52,203 nucleotides of DNA, taken from Callorhinchus milii (Eukaryota). The stretch lies in assembly GCF_018977255.1 (NCBI RefSeq), contig NW_024705353.1, positions 1 to 52,203 of the forward strand, in the 5' to 3' direction. The notes beneath the pieces are model-generated. The model was not told where the DNA came from, ran no database searches, and worked only from the letters and a program-made list of their open reading frames with translations. The position numbers were made by a program, and so were the translations under genes. Shown here piece by piece: positions 37,374 to 51,414 of the stretch (position 1 is the first letter of the stretch; every line of letters starts with the position of its first letter).

Positions 37374-38430
37374 TCATAGAATCATAGAATTATGCAGCAG
37401 AGAAGAGATAGCCCATCATGCCTGTTCCAGCTCTTTGAAAAGAGCTATCCAAATCCATTCCCAGCTCTCTTCCCATAGTCCGTCAAACATTTCCTCCCCA
37501 AATAATTACCTACTTCTCTCTTAAATAAAAGTTGTTATCGAATCGGCTTCCCCCAGCCTTTCAGCCAATGCATTCCAGATTCCAACAACTCGCTGTGTTT
37601 AAAAAAACCTCAACTCACCTCTGTTTCTTTTAACATCTATTTTCAATCAGTGTACTCAGGTACCGACCCACCCGCCAGTAGAAACAGTTTCTCCTCGTTC
37701 ATCATATTCCCTCATAATTTTGAAAACTTCCCTTAAGTCTCCTCTTATCTTTCTCTGCTCCAAGGAGAATAATCCCAGCTTTTCTTGCCTCTCCTGATAA
37801 CTGAAGTCGCTCATTGCAGGTACTATCCTGGAAAATCTACTTTGCACCTTTTCCAATACCTTGAGAGGTAACTCAAGTGTGGTGCCCAGAAATGAACACA
37901 GTCTCCAGCTGAGGCCTGACCAGTGTTTTATTAAGGTTCACCATAACTTCTTGAGTATTGTATTCTATGCCCCTATTTATAAAGCCAAGTACCCGAATGC
38001 TTTTTAAAAAGACCTTTACCTGACCTGCCACATTCAAAGATTTACTTATATGAACTCCAAGGTCTCTCTGTTCCTTCACCCCCTTTAAGATTGTACCATC
38101 AGCTTATATTTCCACAGTCTTCCTCCCAAAATACATCACTTCGCATTTCTCCACATTAATCTTCATCTGCCACGTGTCTGCCCATTTCACCAGTCTGTCT
38201 ATTACCTCTTGCAGTCTTTTACTATCCTCCTCACTGTTTGCTACTTGTCCTAGATTAGTATCATCTGGAAACTTGCAAACCGTACTCCCTATACCCATGT
38301 CCAAGTTATTTATATAGATAAAAACACACCATTGGTCCCACAACCGACCCCCTCCGACCCCCACCCTTGGGTATAACACTGCACACTTCCCTCCAGACAG
38401 AAAAANCAACTGTTTACAAGCGCTCTCTGC
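37374..38430 (-). mobile_element. CR1-clade LINE 3' fragment
   Basis: KFPDDTNLG, KWADTWQMKINVEKCEVMYFG, RDLGVHI, KTLVRPQLE, LGLFSLEQRKIRGDL. (TTCTATGA)2 tail at 37374. Confidence 0.9.
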
Positions 38431-39344
38431 TTTCTGTCTCCCATATGGTCTATTTGGTGACAGCAACAGCTCGTAATTTATACGACTCTTCCTTTGCTGA
38501 TTCTATGGAGAGTATCTTGGGTGAAAGGCGATGTACAAATGTAATTTTGTAATTTTCTATCGTAATACTATTACTACCACTAAATATTACTATTAGTTTT
38601 ACATTGTTACATATTGCATTTACATGGACCATTCACACCAAGAGGACATCACTAAACGCTTCACGAGATTTTGTGGGCAATCACATTAGCCAAATAGCAA
38701 GTGAGTAACCAATTGTATTTGAGTGATTTTTATCAATAACACTGGGAGAGACATGTTTAGCCCTGTGATAAAACCTACGATTCCACCGAGGGTTTATTGC
38801 TATACAAATCATGGTTCATCAGTCCTTCAATCCGAAATAGCATCTTAGGTTGTATAATCAAGTTCAATCATCAACTAAAGCCCCGGCTTCTTGTTCTGCA
38901 TTTGCTTCATTGCTTGTACAGAAAGAAAGGAAACCAGGCGCTGAAATAACTAACCACAGGATGTGCAGAGCTGAACTCACAGTCTCTTATTGACAGTCAC
39001 AGCACGAGAGCAAAGGGCAAAAATAACATGTAAATCAAACACAACTCAAATATACCATCAACAAATAGCAGCAGCTCAAACTGGGACCGTTCATTCCACT
39101 GACAATCGAACGGTTGAGAATGTAGATTTTGTGTAAATCCTGTTAATTTGAGTTGGAAAACCATGCTGTAGTGAGTTCACTCATGTCGCCACAATCAGGG
39201 CATTACCCACACAGACCAGACCAGCGGTTTATATCTTCATGAACAATGAAACAGCCCCTCAAAATGGCTGTCACAGGTCCGGGTACAACAAAATGTCTGG
39301 CCCCTGAGGCCTGGTAAAGTCTGGTGTGTGCCATCACCTCCATA

Positions 39345-42340
39345 TCTACACATACAGACACACAAACACAAAGTCACACACACTCAGAAAGTCAAATAGA
39401 CACACTCAAATACAGACACATACGCCTACACACACACACACGCACACCTAGACATACATACACAAATAGACATACAGAAATACATACATACACAGAGAGA
39501 GATAAATATAGAGAGAGGGACACAGAGACACATACACAGATGTATACATACAGTCCGAGAGACAGAGAGATAAATTTGAAGACAAATACAGAGAGGGAGA
39601 CACACATGCGCACTGACAAAGGGAGATAGAGGGGTACACAAACAAACAGACAGACTCATAGATACACAGACACAGAGAGAGGAATACATAGACAAACAGA
39701 CACACACAGATACAGAGACACACATACAGACAGAGAGAAATACACACAGGTGTAGAGGGAGATACTAACAGAGAGAGCGGGAGATAAACCATATACAAAC
39801 AGAGACAGAGATACAGATTATACAGAGTGAGCGAGAGAGAGAGAGAAAACATACACACACACACACATATAGAAAGACACACACACACAGATACGGAGAG
39901 GGAGACAGAGAAAGAAACTCAGACAGATGCACACTCATTCCGCCAGAGAGAGACAGAGACAGGGACACAGAGAGATAAACTCACACGCAGAATCAGAGAG
40001 ACAAAGGAAAGACACAGAGAACTAAACATACACAGACCCAGAGAGACAGCGCAAGACACACACACACAGATATACACACACATAGGCAGAGAGAGAGAGA
40101 GAGATACCGGGGCACACTCACGAACACGCACAGATACAGACAGAGTGAGATACACACAGAGAGATATTCACACACACAGACAGGCAGAAAGGTTGAGAGT
40201 TAAGGGCAGAGCGAGACACACATACAGGGAAACATACAGAAAAAGAGAACAGACAGTGCTACACCCATACACAGAGACACACAAAGGCAGATAGAGTGAG
40301 AATGAGAGGGATGTTTCTGAAAATGATGTGATCTGTGTGTCTCTATCTGATCTTGTGGAGTCCTGTAGCTCAGTGGTTAGAGCACTCGCTTTGCAAGCGA
40401 GAGACCTGAGTTCAATTCCAGGCAGGGCGAAACCTTGGGCAAGTTTCCTTACTCCACACGCCTAATAATAATCCCTCCAAAACCAAAAACAATAATAAAA
40501 TTGGTCATTTTCAATCTACGACTGTTTGTGGGACATTGCTGTGCGCAATTGGCTGCCGCGTTCGCCCACAAATTTACAGTCAATTCACTTTACAGTGTGT
40601 TCTGTGAAGCGCTTTGGGACGTCCTTCCGACGTGAAAAGCGCTATATCAAATGCAAGGATTATTATTATTATTATTATTATTATCTTCATCATAGCTGTC
40701 AAAGGGCAGAGAACCACACAATGTCTGCTCTAGACCAATGAGGTCTGGTAAAGTGTGGTGTGTGATAGTGCCTCCCCATCATCACAGACACACATAGATA
40801 CACATACAGACACACATATACATATACGCAAATATAAAAACACAACGAGGGAAATGCGCACATACTCACACGTGCATATACAAAAAATAGACACTCACAC
40901 ACAGACAGTCATTTACACACACAGAGACATTCACACACAGAGATATACACACACAGAAACATATACACAGAGAGAACTACACAGAAAAGCGTGTACGCAT
41001 AAACATGTAGACACATATGCATACACATGCACAGAAAAACAGAAAACAAGAGATACAGAGACACACGCAGACAGAGATAGATACAAAGATAGGGAGTTAC
41101 GTAGACACAACCAAACACACGCATAGATATACACACAGTCAGATAGATTCAATGAGTGAAATACTAACAGACACACAAGCAGAGAAAGAGATACATACAC
41201 ACAATGTGAGAGAGAAAGAAAGAGATACACAGACACCTGTGCACACTCACAGATGCGTAGGCACACAGATGAGGACAGACACAGGAAGAGAGAGTTTGAC
41301 ACACACAGATACAGACACACATACAAACAGATAGAAAAATACAGAGAGAGGGAGATACACACAGAGAGATATGTGCAACATCAGAGAGATACAGAAGAAC
41401 AGGAACACGGTGAGAAATACACACACACAGATACAGATAGACAGACAAACAGGGAGAAATGCAGACAGACAGGGCTACACAAATACAGAGATAGATACAC
41501 ACACAGACAGAGAGAAGTAGACAGTAAAAGAGAGCGATGCATACCGACAGAGGGAGAGACAGAGCACACAGAGGAATACATACAGGCACACATAGAGGGA
41601 AATTCAGACAGACAGAGAGAAATACACACAGGTGAAGAGAGAGATACTAACAGAGAAAGCGGGAGATGAACCATATACAGAGACAGAGATACAGAGCGAG
41701 AGAGAGAACATACACACACACATATAGAAAGATACACACACACAGATACTGAGAGGGAGACAGAGACACAGACAGGTGCACACACATACCGTCAGAGAGA
41801 GACAGAGACACAAGAGAGATAAACTCACACGCAGAACCAGAGAGACAAAAGGGAGACACAGAAAACTAAACATACACAGACCCAGAGAGACAGATACACA
41901 CACACACAGATACACACACACATAGGCAGAGAGAGTGACAGAGAGACACAATGAGAAAGTTTCTGAAAGTGATGTAATGTGTACATAACTTCTTGAACCT
42001 TAACATAGCTGTCACAGGCCTGGGTACAACACAATGACTGCTCTGGACCACTGAGACCTGGTGAAGCCTGGTGTGTGGCAGCATCTCTGCACACACATAC
42101 AGACACAGACACAGACAATGGACACACACATATAGACACCCATCTATATACAACTAAACGCTCACAAACACACTAATGCACACACTCGCACACCACTCAC
42201 ACGCACAAGTAGAGAACCAGAGATACAGAGAGAGATACAGGTAGAGAGATACACACACACACACGTACACAGACAGAGACATATAGAGACTGAGAGAGAG
42301 ATTCAAGAGAGACATACACAATCACATACACAGATACAGA
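39345..42340. repeat. Degenerate CA/GA-rich low-complexity region organised as old ~1.3-kb tandem units
   Basis: ACACAGAGAG-type sequence with collinear anchors shared between 39700-40340 and 41590-41990. Confidence 0.8.
40358..40684 (+). mobile_element. Full-length tRNA-derived SINE with Deu-like core and L2-type (TTA)n tail
   Basis: A box tagctcagtgg, B box gagttcaattcc, core gtgggacattgctgtgcgcaattggctgccgcgttc, tail gtgaagcgctttgggacg..gcgctatatcaaatgcaagga(tta)n. Confidence 0.9.
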
Positions 42341-44177
42341 TCAACTTTAATGTTGTTGATGTCACACACATCTCGGGACACGCAGAACACACAGTTTGGG
42401 CACTCCCTGCGCCATATTTGGCCACAGTGAGAAGTTAGAGGGTTTTCAGTCAACAGCTAAAGCCCCGACATCTTGTTCTGCATCTGTCTCATTGCTTGTA
42501 CAGAAAGACAGGAAGCCAGGTGCTGGTTTCTGTGACTAACCACAGGGGATGTGCAATGTGGGAATTGAACACACAGCTTCTTGTTCCTTTCTGTTGGTGA
42601 CACACGAGAGCACATGGCAAAAATAACATGTAAACCAAACACAGCTCAAACATACCATCAACACATAGCAACAGCTCAAATTGGGGCCGTTTGCTTAACT
42701 GATAATCAGACGATTGAGAATGTAGATTTGGGTGAACTCATGTTAATTTGAGTTGTAAAACCATGTTGTGTTGAATCCACTTGTGTCACCAGAGTGAGGG
42801 CGTTATTTACAAACCCCAGACCTGCAGATATTTTTCTTTATGAACACAGAAGCAGCAGGGTTTCCAAAAACACATCGTTTCCAGTAACCAGTAACTGACA
42901 GGAATATAGAGACACACAGATATAGAGACACAAAGCTCGGTACAGACAAAGCCAGATCGATATAAATATACTTTAACACAAAAAAGAGACAGATAGGGAT
43001 ACACGAGCACACAGACAGCGATACAAATTCAGACACACACAGACACAGAGAGGGATACAAAGATTCACACAGACTGAGATGCACAGACACCCACCAACAC
43101 AAAGACGTAGAGAGAGATACAGACACACACAGACAGACACAGAGAGACGCACACAGAAAACAATATAGAGACACACACAGACAAAGAGAGAGATAAAGAG
43201 ATATATTCCAACTGGAGCCTGTGTGACAGTCTCTCGTCTTATTCCTGAGCCAGGAGGATCCGCAGTATTGCAGGACACTCACTGCTGATGACAGCACAGC
43301 CCAGCCTGGCTCAAGGGCAGGACTTGGGAGGGCAGAGCAGTTACAGGGGCCAGCGAATCCTGAAATGGACAGGGGGAAGAGGATTGCAAAGGAAGAGGGT
43401 GGACAGTGGTGGATCGGTTGGGGGAGAAGGATACATTGGGAGAGGGAAGGGGTCGGTTGGGGAAGGTGGTGGGTGGTTGGTGGTGGAGCGCGGAGGGCAA
43501 GTGAGTGGGAGGGAAAGAGGAAGGGAGGGTGTGGGGTAGTGGGTGACACAAATTTGAAAGGGTTCTCGGGTGGGATTAGGCTTTGGGCCCCAGTTGGACC
43601 CCCTGATGTAAAATAACAGCTGATTGTCAGGAGCGGCTTGTTTACTGCTGCAGTTATCAAACCCAGTACACGGCAGGCAGAGCACACACTGTGGGGACTG
43701 CCCTCCCTACACACAGACACACAGTCTGGGACAGGCAGAGTAAACATTGTGGCCACTGCACTTCCTACATACAGACAAACAAACACACACAGACAGACAC
43801 ACGCAAACACAGTGAGGCACACAAACAGAGACACACAAAGAGAGAAATACACACACACACAAACAGTTACGTACACAGAAACACACACAGGTACATAAAC
43901 ATGATAAGACACACAGACACCAACAAATACATAGACAGAGAGATACATTCCCCCCAAACAGATACATACACAGTCTCTCACACACACAAATACAGAGAGA
44001 GTTTAAACACCTATACAATTTAATACTGGTGTCAAGCGCAGCCAAGGAAGCAGAGAAAAGTGTGGGCATTGCAGTTTATTTCTTGATTAATAGAGAAAAA
44101 CTGCGTTTCCACAAATTTACTGCAACTCGGAATTCAACAACAACAACGTTACATTTGTATAGAGCCTTTCGCACATG

Positions 44178-44573
44178 AAGTCCTGCAGCTCAGTGGTTAG
44201 AGCACTCGCCCCGCAAACGAGACCTGAATTTCATTCCCGGGCGAGTCAGGGAGAAACCATAGGCAAGTTTCCATACTTCACAGTCGCGGCTCAACTTACT
44301 TCACAATAAATATAAATCCACTTATTAGTTAATTATTGAAATACTTTCCGCGGGTAATATTCCCTGCCCCCCAAAAAATTCAAATAATAATTCTTTCAAA
44401 TAAACCACGACTGTTTGTGGGATGTCGCTTTGGCAATGGGATGCTGAGATTCGCCCACAAAACTCTGTCAACTCACTTAACAAAATATTCTGCTAAACAC
44501 TTTTCGACATTCCGAAGATCTGATAAGGCAAAGTATCAAATGCAACAATTATTATTATATTATATTATTATTA
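44178..44573 (+). mobile_element. Diverged copy of the same SINE family
   Basis: Head agtcctgcagctcagtggttagagcactcgc, ggcaagtttcc, cgactgtttgtggga and a (TTA)n tail. Confidence 0.82.
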
Positions 44574-45598
44574 AATGTTATGGTACCAACTGATGCGACT
44601 TCGGTGATGTTTTATTGTGAAACATTTAGATGTTTCCGGATAGCTAGTATTCCAATATTTGGACAAATGTGACAGAAATCAGGCTGGAATCTTTATTCTA
44701 GTCCAAGAGTAGGAAGTGACTGGAGCTTCCAACAAAATTCTTCCACATTTATTCATTTACCTCCAATTCTCAATATTATTTTTCTTATGGTTTGCGGGGA
44801 CATTATTTGTACGGAGCGATTTAATCTGTGTAGTCCTGTACTGTCATAGTCAGTGCAATCAGTCGTCATTTCAGTGATAACAATAATAATCCTTGATTAT
44901 AATATGGCGTCTTGTCAAATCTACGAGTCGTCACAGGATATATTATGAAGGGAACTGACTGTATATTTTGTGGCAATATATTTTGGCGACGCCCAAATGT
45001 CTGGGCTGTTTGAGGATCCAGTGACCTGTTTGGATGACTGTAGTGACGGGATCAGCCTTTCCTACAGCGTCAAAGTACTGTTCTCCTGGAGCCTCGGATA
45101 AAACATTACACTGCACAGTTTGCCCGTCTCCTCGCCCTGCGATGGGGACAACGGCTACTGTGTCAAACTAAACCATTCTGTATTAATATTGTGTCTGTAA
45201 CAACAAAAACAACTTGGCTTTATACGGCGCCGCTGGTGAAGGGGATGGTCCCAGAGCGCTGGACATTGGCGGAGCTCAAGGCCGAGCCGACGGGGGAGGT
45301 GACCGCAGGTCACTGTCCAACACGAAGGTCTTCACCGCGTCCGGTCATCGGGTCAGAAAAGCTTCGGAACTCTGTCCGGAGGCTTCACTTCACCGACGTC
45401 CTGACAGAGAAGCCGCGGCGTCACTCACGCACACAAACCTCTTCCTGCCTCGTCTTTCCTTCTATTTAGAATTAATGAGAGAATGAAACTTTATCTTTTT
45501 GGGGTAAAAAATTCCTGACTTATTTGATTGGTTTACTCCTCGGCGCCGGGAGGCCTCAGTGTGAGGTTTCTGTGTGTGTGTTGATGGGTTCTTTCGCC

Positions 45599-45641
<43 letters not shown>

Positions 45642-45654
45642 TTGTCTGTGTGTT

Positions 45655-46335
45655 TGTGTGTGTTTAGCTTGTGGTTAAGTGTTGACATTGACATTGGCTC
45701 CTCGCTATGTGTGTGTTTTTTTGTTTGTGTGTGTTTGTGTGTGTGTGTGTGTAGCTGGTGATTACGTGTTGGCATTGGCTCCTCCCTGTGTGTGTTTGTA
45801 GCTGGTAACTCGGTGTTGACATTGGCTCCTCACTGTGTGTGTGTGTGTGTGTGTGAGTGCGTAGTTGGTGACTAGGTGTTGAAATTGGCTCCTCGCTGTG
45901 TGTGTGTGTGTCTGTGTGTGTGTGTGTGTAGCTGGTGAACAGGTGTTGACATTGGCTCCTCACCATGTGTGTATTTGTGTGTGTGTGTGCATCTGTGTGC
46001 GTGTTTGTAGCTGGTAAATAGGTGTTGACATTGGCTCCTCACTGTGTGTGTGTGTGTGTGAGTGTGTAGTTGGTAACTTGGCGTTGGAATTGGTTCCTCA
46101 CTGTGTGTGTGTATGTTTGTGCGCGCATGTGTGTGTAGCTGGTGATTAGGTGTTGACATTGGCGCCTCACTTTGTGGGTTTGTCTGTGTGTGTAGCTGGT
46201 GTCCAAGTGTTGACATTGGCTCCTCGCTGTGTGTGTGTGAGTGTGTGCGTCTGTGTGTGTGTGTGCAGCTGGTGATCAGGTGTTGGCATTGGTTCCTCAC
46301 TCTGTGTGTGTGTAGCTGGTGATTAGGTGTTGTGT
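45655..46335. repeat. Minisatellite of about 12 units: core tagctggtgattaggtgttgacattggctcctcactg + variable (TG)n
   Basis: Tandem units of about 45-70 nt, visible directly. Confidence 0.93.
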
Positions 46336-49300
46336 CTCTCTCTGTGTCTCTCGTCTGAGCGCGAGGAGCGAATGCGGGAGGTTGTGATGGTGGAGGAGTG
46401 AAAGGGAAAGAGAGAGAGTGTGTGTGTGAAAGAGATAGTTAGTGTGTGACACACAGAGAGAGTGAGAGTGAAAGAGACTGAGTGAGAGAGTGAGAGACAG
46501 AGGGGAGGGGCGAGAGAAAAGTGGAAGAACACTCCTAGACATCTGGTTCTAAAGAATGAGAAACAGGGCGATGGCAGAATCCTCCCAATTAACTGTCCAT
46601 ATCTCTTGCTCCTTATCAATTATTTTCCCATGCAAAAAGAGCCTCCTCAAAGATCCCTGGTAGCCTGTAATGGTCGGCTTCATTTCTGTGATGAGCGGAG
46701 TTGGAGTTGGAAACACATTTTTAAAAATCTAACTTTGAAATAGTTGTGGAGTTGTCGTGGGGGGGTGAGCACACTTCCCAATGGAATCGATATCGATTCT
46801 ACCATATCTATGGTCCCAGTTTTAAGATTAAGTAAAGCTTTTTGTAATAATTAATAAACCCTGGATTATTACACAACAGTATCGTCTGTCCCCAATCTCT
46901 TACACTGTTCTGCCCTTCCAGGAGCTGCTGATGAGCCAGGCTGGGCTGTCATTAGCAGTGCCCTGGAATAATACACAACCACCAGCTCAGGAACCAGACT
47001 TGAGACCGTTACAGAGGGCTGCCTCGATGGTCCCCCCCCACTCCAACACCCTTCCCCACCGCCCAGGAATATATATTCTAACTCCTCGCCTCTCAGCCTT
47101 CAGAATCACCAGTCGCCTGGCCCTCCTACAGCAGCTCTCAGGCTGTTTGTCTTCTGAAACCTTTCTGAAACCTGATACTCACTAAAGGGAGCGGCGCTTC
47201 TCTCAAAATCACCGCCAACCATCTGATAAGTCACTGAGTGCATAAGTCGCTGATAGAGATTTTAAAACTCCAGTAGTATTGAGATGGTTTTAGCAACAAA
47301 GATTAAAGGGTTCAACAAAGTGTGATGATATGGTCATCTATTCCAACATGAACCTGTTAATAGATTACCTGCTGACCTGTACTTACCACATGAGCAAACA
47401 ACTTATCTCCAGGTGATGCCGGACTCATAAACTGATATAATTATTAACCACCGCTAAACATAGTACTTCAGAAAAACTATGCATTCAGTTTGTATCTGTT
47501 ACTTTTTTCCTCAATTTGTTTGTTCTATTTCTACTGTTTTGCCCTTCTCTTCCCTCCTGTGGCTTCTCTGTTGCTGCACAGGAAAGCTGCAGCTCTCAGG
47601 CTGTTTGTGCTCTGAAAAACGGCTGAAATTTGACTCTTACCACAGGGAGCAGCGATTCCCAGAAATGTATATCCAACCAGTCTGACAACTTACAGTGCGT
47701 TTTGTTTACTAACAGAGCTGTCCGAGTTTACAATAATCTACCGGGAGTCAAAGAAAAACCAAATCCATTCTCTTTTCTGCCCCCACCTTTGGAAACCGTC
47801 ATATTCCCTTCGCCTCATTCCATCCCTTACCTCCCTCAACGTACGTCTCAATACCCTCCTCTTCGCCCTTCTGCATCGCTAAAAATATTGGTTGAAGCAG
47901 GACTATTTGGGGTAAGAGCGGGGAAGTGGAACTACATGGGTTAAGTGTGGGATAGTGGTCCAAGTTGGGGTAAAAGCGTGGGAATGGGACTAGTTTGGTA
48001 AGTGCAGGGAGAGGCACCAGTTGGATGAAGAGTTGGGGAGTAGGACTAGTTGTGGTAACAGCCAGGGGATTCGGGGTGGGGGGCGAGGGGTTAATCCCAC
48101 TGCCTATATTCCTCCCCATTAACCGCACACAATAGCTAAAGTTGGCTGTTCACCGACATATACACTGCCATCGCACATCGGAGTAAAATCCTACAAAGCT
48201 TTCAGATGTTTGGACAACATGATAAGGAGTTGTATGTATATAAAGATATACAGAGCTTTATGTTCACTGCGTAAATGATACTCACTACCATTGAACAATG
48301 CACTGCATTTATCGACGCCTTATTTTTCTTCATTTCCCAGTGTCAGGAATCCCTTGTTACATTCCTCCATCCTGATCTCTAATGGTTAGGGAGGTAAATT
48401 TGGGGGATAGGTTGGAAGGTTGTAAAGTGACGGTGTTTCCAGATTTTAATTGTGAACCATGTCAGCATTCTCCACCAAACAGTCCCACGGATAGACAACA
48501 GTTGTACAAAGTTACCACACTGCAAACAGACGTCAGTGTAAACACTCTGTTCACTTTCCTCTCGTTGTAGATCTTCTGCTATCTTATAGCAAGTTTCTGA
48601 ATTATTTGAGATTTTAACAGTTCAGGATATTTAAGTAAAATCACTCATTAGATTGAATGTAAACATTGGTTGTTAATATATACCATACTCTCACCTCCTG
48701 GACGTAATGCCAGGTCGTTATTGCAGATGGACCTGATGTTTAGAAGCCCGAGTGGAGGGAAGATCAGGAGAGAGAGAGGCACAGGAGTTACTCACAGATA
48801 TAGGGAGGGCTTTGGATGAGAAGGGATTTGCAGACGAGGCTGAGATTCTTGGGAGATAGCGAGAAATAGTGTATTCAACAAAAGGGAGGTGATTAACATG
48901 TCCTGTTTGGAGGATAAGAATGTGGGGAGGAAATCCCATCTTCTCGTTATTTGCAAAAGAAACGGGGGAGCTGAAGCCCTGAGGGGGGAGCGGTTCCCAT
49001 TGACCAAACACCCAGAAGCTGCAAGCGCTGCTCTGCATTATTGCCAATTTTGCAGTGGAGAGAAAGTTAATAATAAATAATAAGACAGCAGTTCTTACAT
49101 TTGATTCAGCGACTTATCGTGTCTGCGATTCGTCTCAAAGCCCTACACTGTGACGTGAATTTCCCTGTACATAGCACCAATTGCATTTGTATAATAACAG
49201 TCAGCAAGGGAAGCATTTCAGACGCTTGAAGCTTGTTTGCAATTTAAACCTGAAGTTAGATCATGTTTTGCCTCCCCAACTCTCTGGGAGATCCACACAG

Positions 49301-49734
49301 CGACACGGAGTTGTTCAGACAAGCAGACACTCGGTATCCAGGGATTTGATGCTGGTCCAGGGAGCAGGACTGAGCTTGTCCTCCAGCCCCAGGGAGCACT
49401 GTACAATCTCCAGGGAAGTGCAGGAACTGCAGTTTGAAGACAGGGTCAAGTCCTTAGTCTCTGCATGAAATTCCTATCTTACCATATTTGGGCTGAGAAA
49501 TGACATTTGGATATTTTTGTGTCACTTGGTTGTCTGACACTGGTTTACATGGTTAACGGGAGCTGAGCGGGATACATGTTGTAGTGACTGGTCTGCCCTT
49601 GTAAGTATTGCTGATGAGCCAGGCCGGGCTGTGCTGCCATCATCACTGCCGTGGAAAACTGCGGACACCCTCGGCCCAGAAACCGGACTAGAGGCCATCA
49701 GAGAGGGTTGGCTCGATTATCCATTCCATTGCCG

Positions 49735-49967
49735 AACAGGTCCGCTCCACCCTCGGCGGCCGTGCCTTCAGCCACGATGTCCCGAGGCTCCGGAACTCCC
49801 TTCCTCACTACCTCCCTTTCTCTTCCTATTTTCAGTTCTCTGCTAAAGACCTTTCTTTTCGCCCCGCCCCCTCCCCCTGACTCGGCCCCGGGATCTGTTA
49901 CTGTGAAGCGTTCTGACACGCCGTCCGGCGCGGAGGGCGCTCTATACATCCAAGTTGTTGTTGTTGC
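49735..49967 (+). mobile_element. L2 3' fragment
   Basis: ggccgtgccttcagcc..ggaactccct..aagacctttctttt..gtgaagcg..ggcgctctata..(gtt)n. Confidence 0.7.
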
Positions 49968-51280
49968 TACTTTAGTGAGTTTAGCTTCAACGAGTTTCCA
50001 CTTCACCTCCCCCACAACGCACCCCCCTTCCTGAAACCTGACTCTAAAGGGAGCGGCGCTTCTCGCTAAATCACCTCCAACCATCTGACAAGTCCCTACC
50101 TGTATCATTTGCTGATGTGGATTTTAAAACTGCAATAGTATTGAGATGGTTTCAGCAACAGCGATTATAAATATTCAATAAAGTATGGTGATATGGTCAT
50201 GTATTCCAACATGAATCTGCTAACAATTTACCTGTTGAGCTGTACTTGACACATGAGCAAACACCTGGTCGCCAGGCGATACAGGAATCAAAATCTGATA
50301 TAAGTGTTCACCACCGCGACATACAACGCATCAGAAAAACTGTGGGTTAATTTTCTGTCTTCTGCTGTTAGTTCTGTTTCTTTGTTTTATGTTCTATTCC
50401 CTCCTGTGAGTTCCCTTCTGCTGTACAGACAAGCGGCAGCTCTCGGGCTGTTTATGATCTCAAACATTCCTGAAATTTGACTCTCACCACAGAGAGCGGC
50501 GATTCTCAGAAATACATCCCCAACCAGTCAGACAAGTCATTCTGTATTGTGTTTACTGACAGAGCTGTTGAGGTTTAGAGCAATCTACCGATAATCAAAG
50601 AATTAAGAAATGCATGTTTTGGTTTTATCTGCTCCCACCTCTGGAACTGCGCCTCACATTGCCTTCGCCTCATTCCCTCTTTGTCTCCTTTGACCTTCAG
50701 TCACCATCTTAATGGCGGGGCAATGGGACACACTAAGCTCAGAGGGATGGGCGGGGCGAGTAGCGATAAACGTGGTGAGTTAGAGTAAGACCCCCCAGTT
50801 AGGTAAGTGAGTGGTACTAGCTGGGGTAAATGTCTGGGAATGGGATCGGTTGGGGTTAGATCGATGTAGTGGGACTAGTTGGGGTAAGAGCGGGCGGAGT
50901 GGTGCTAATTTGGGTGAGAGTCGACAGTGTGATTAGTTAGGGGTTGGGATTGGGAGAATTTGACACACGGCAATGATGCTTTCAGACAAGGAACCCTCAG
51001 GTGGTGGAGGAGAGGCGATCAGCCTTATTGTTCTTGGGCTGTGGAGAAGGAATCAGTCCAATATCTCTCTCTCGTCAGGGACTTGCATGTGGGTCACACA
51101 GTCACGGCACTTTACAGTGCATCCGTTGAAGCGCTTGGAGACGTCTTGAACATGCGATGAGTCGCTATAACAAACGCGAGGATCAGTAAACTTGAAGGTT
51201 CAAGCTCTGCTTCTCCATGTCAGGATCTCACCGGAAGAGTTTTATTTATCGTAATATGGCTGTGATAAAACTTCCACAGA

Positions 51281-51356
51281 GGGAAATCCAGCACAAAGCA
51301 TCAGTTTCCAAACCAAACTGGGAATTTTCTGCATTCCACCTACACAGGGAATTTCC
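51281..51356. promoter_or_regulatory. Cluster of NF-kB-like sites
   Basis: GGGAATTTCC (51347-51356, perfect GGGRNWYYCC), GGGAATTTTC (51320-51329) and GGGAAATCCA (51281-51290). Confidence 0.4.
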
Positions 51357-51414
51357 AGAGAGAGATTGTTCTAATGGAATGTGCACTCTCACTCCCGCTG
51401 GAGTGATGCATCAC

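Noticed and set aside
38406..38406. Single N in the CR1 fragment
   Set aside because: Only an ambiguous base call.
40360..40432. tRNA-Ala(TGC)-like sequence
   Set aside because: It continues into a SINE body and tail and has diverged copies at 44178, 10060 and 19945. It is a SINE head, not a tRNA gene.
42803..43987. 394-aa minus-strand ORF
   Set aside because: Built from TG/TC microsatellite and a C-rich tract; not protein-like.
45655..46335. CRISPR-like repeat/spacer appearance (also 36223-36465)
   Set aside because: The spacers are (TG)n tracts or absent, the context is vertebrate, and there are no cas genes. These are minisatellites.
47580..47700. Plus-strand acceptor-like site (ttctctgttgctgcacag; paralogue near 50427) as a coding exon
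   Set aside because: The paralogous copy has stops in all three frames and I see no clear donor.
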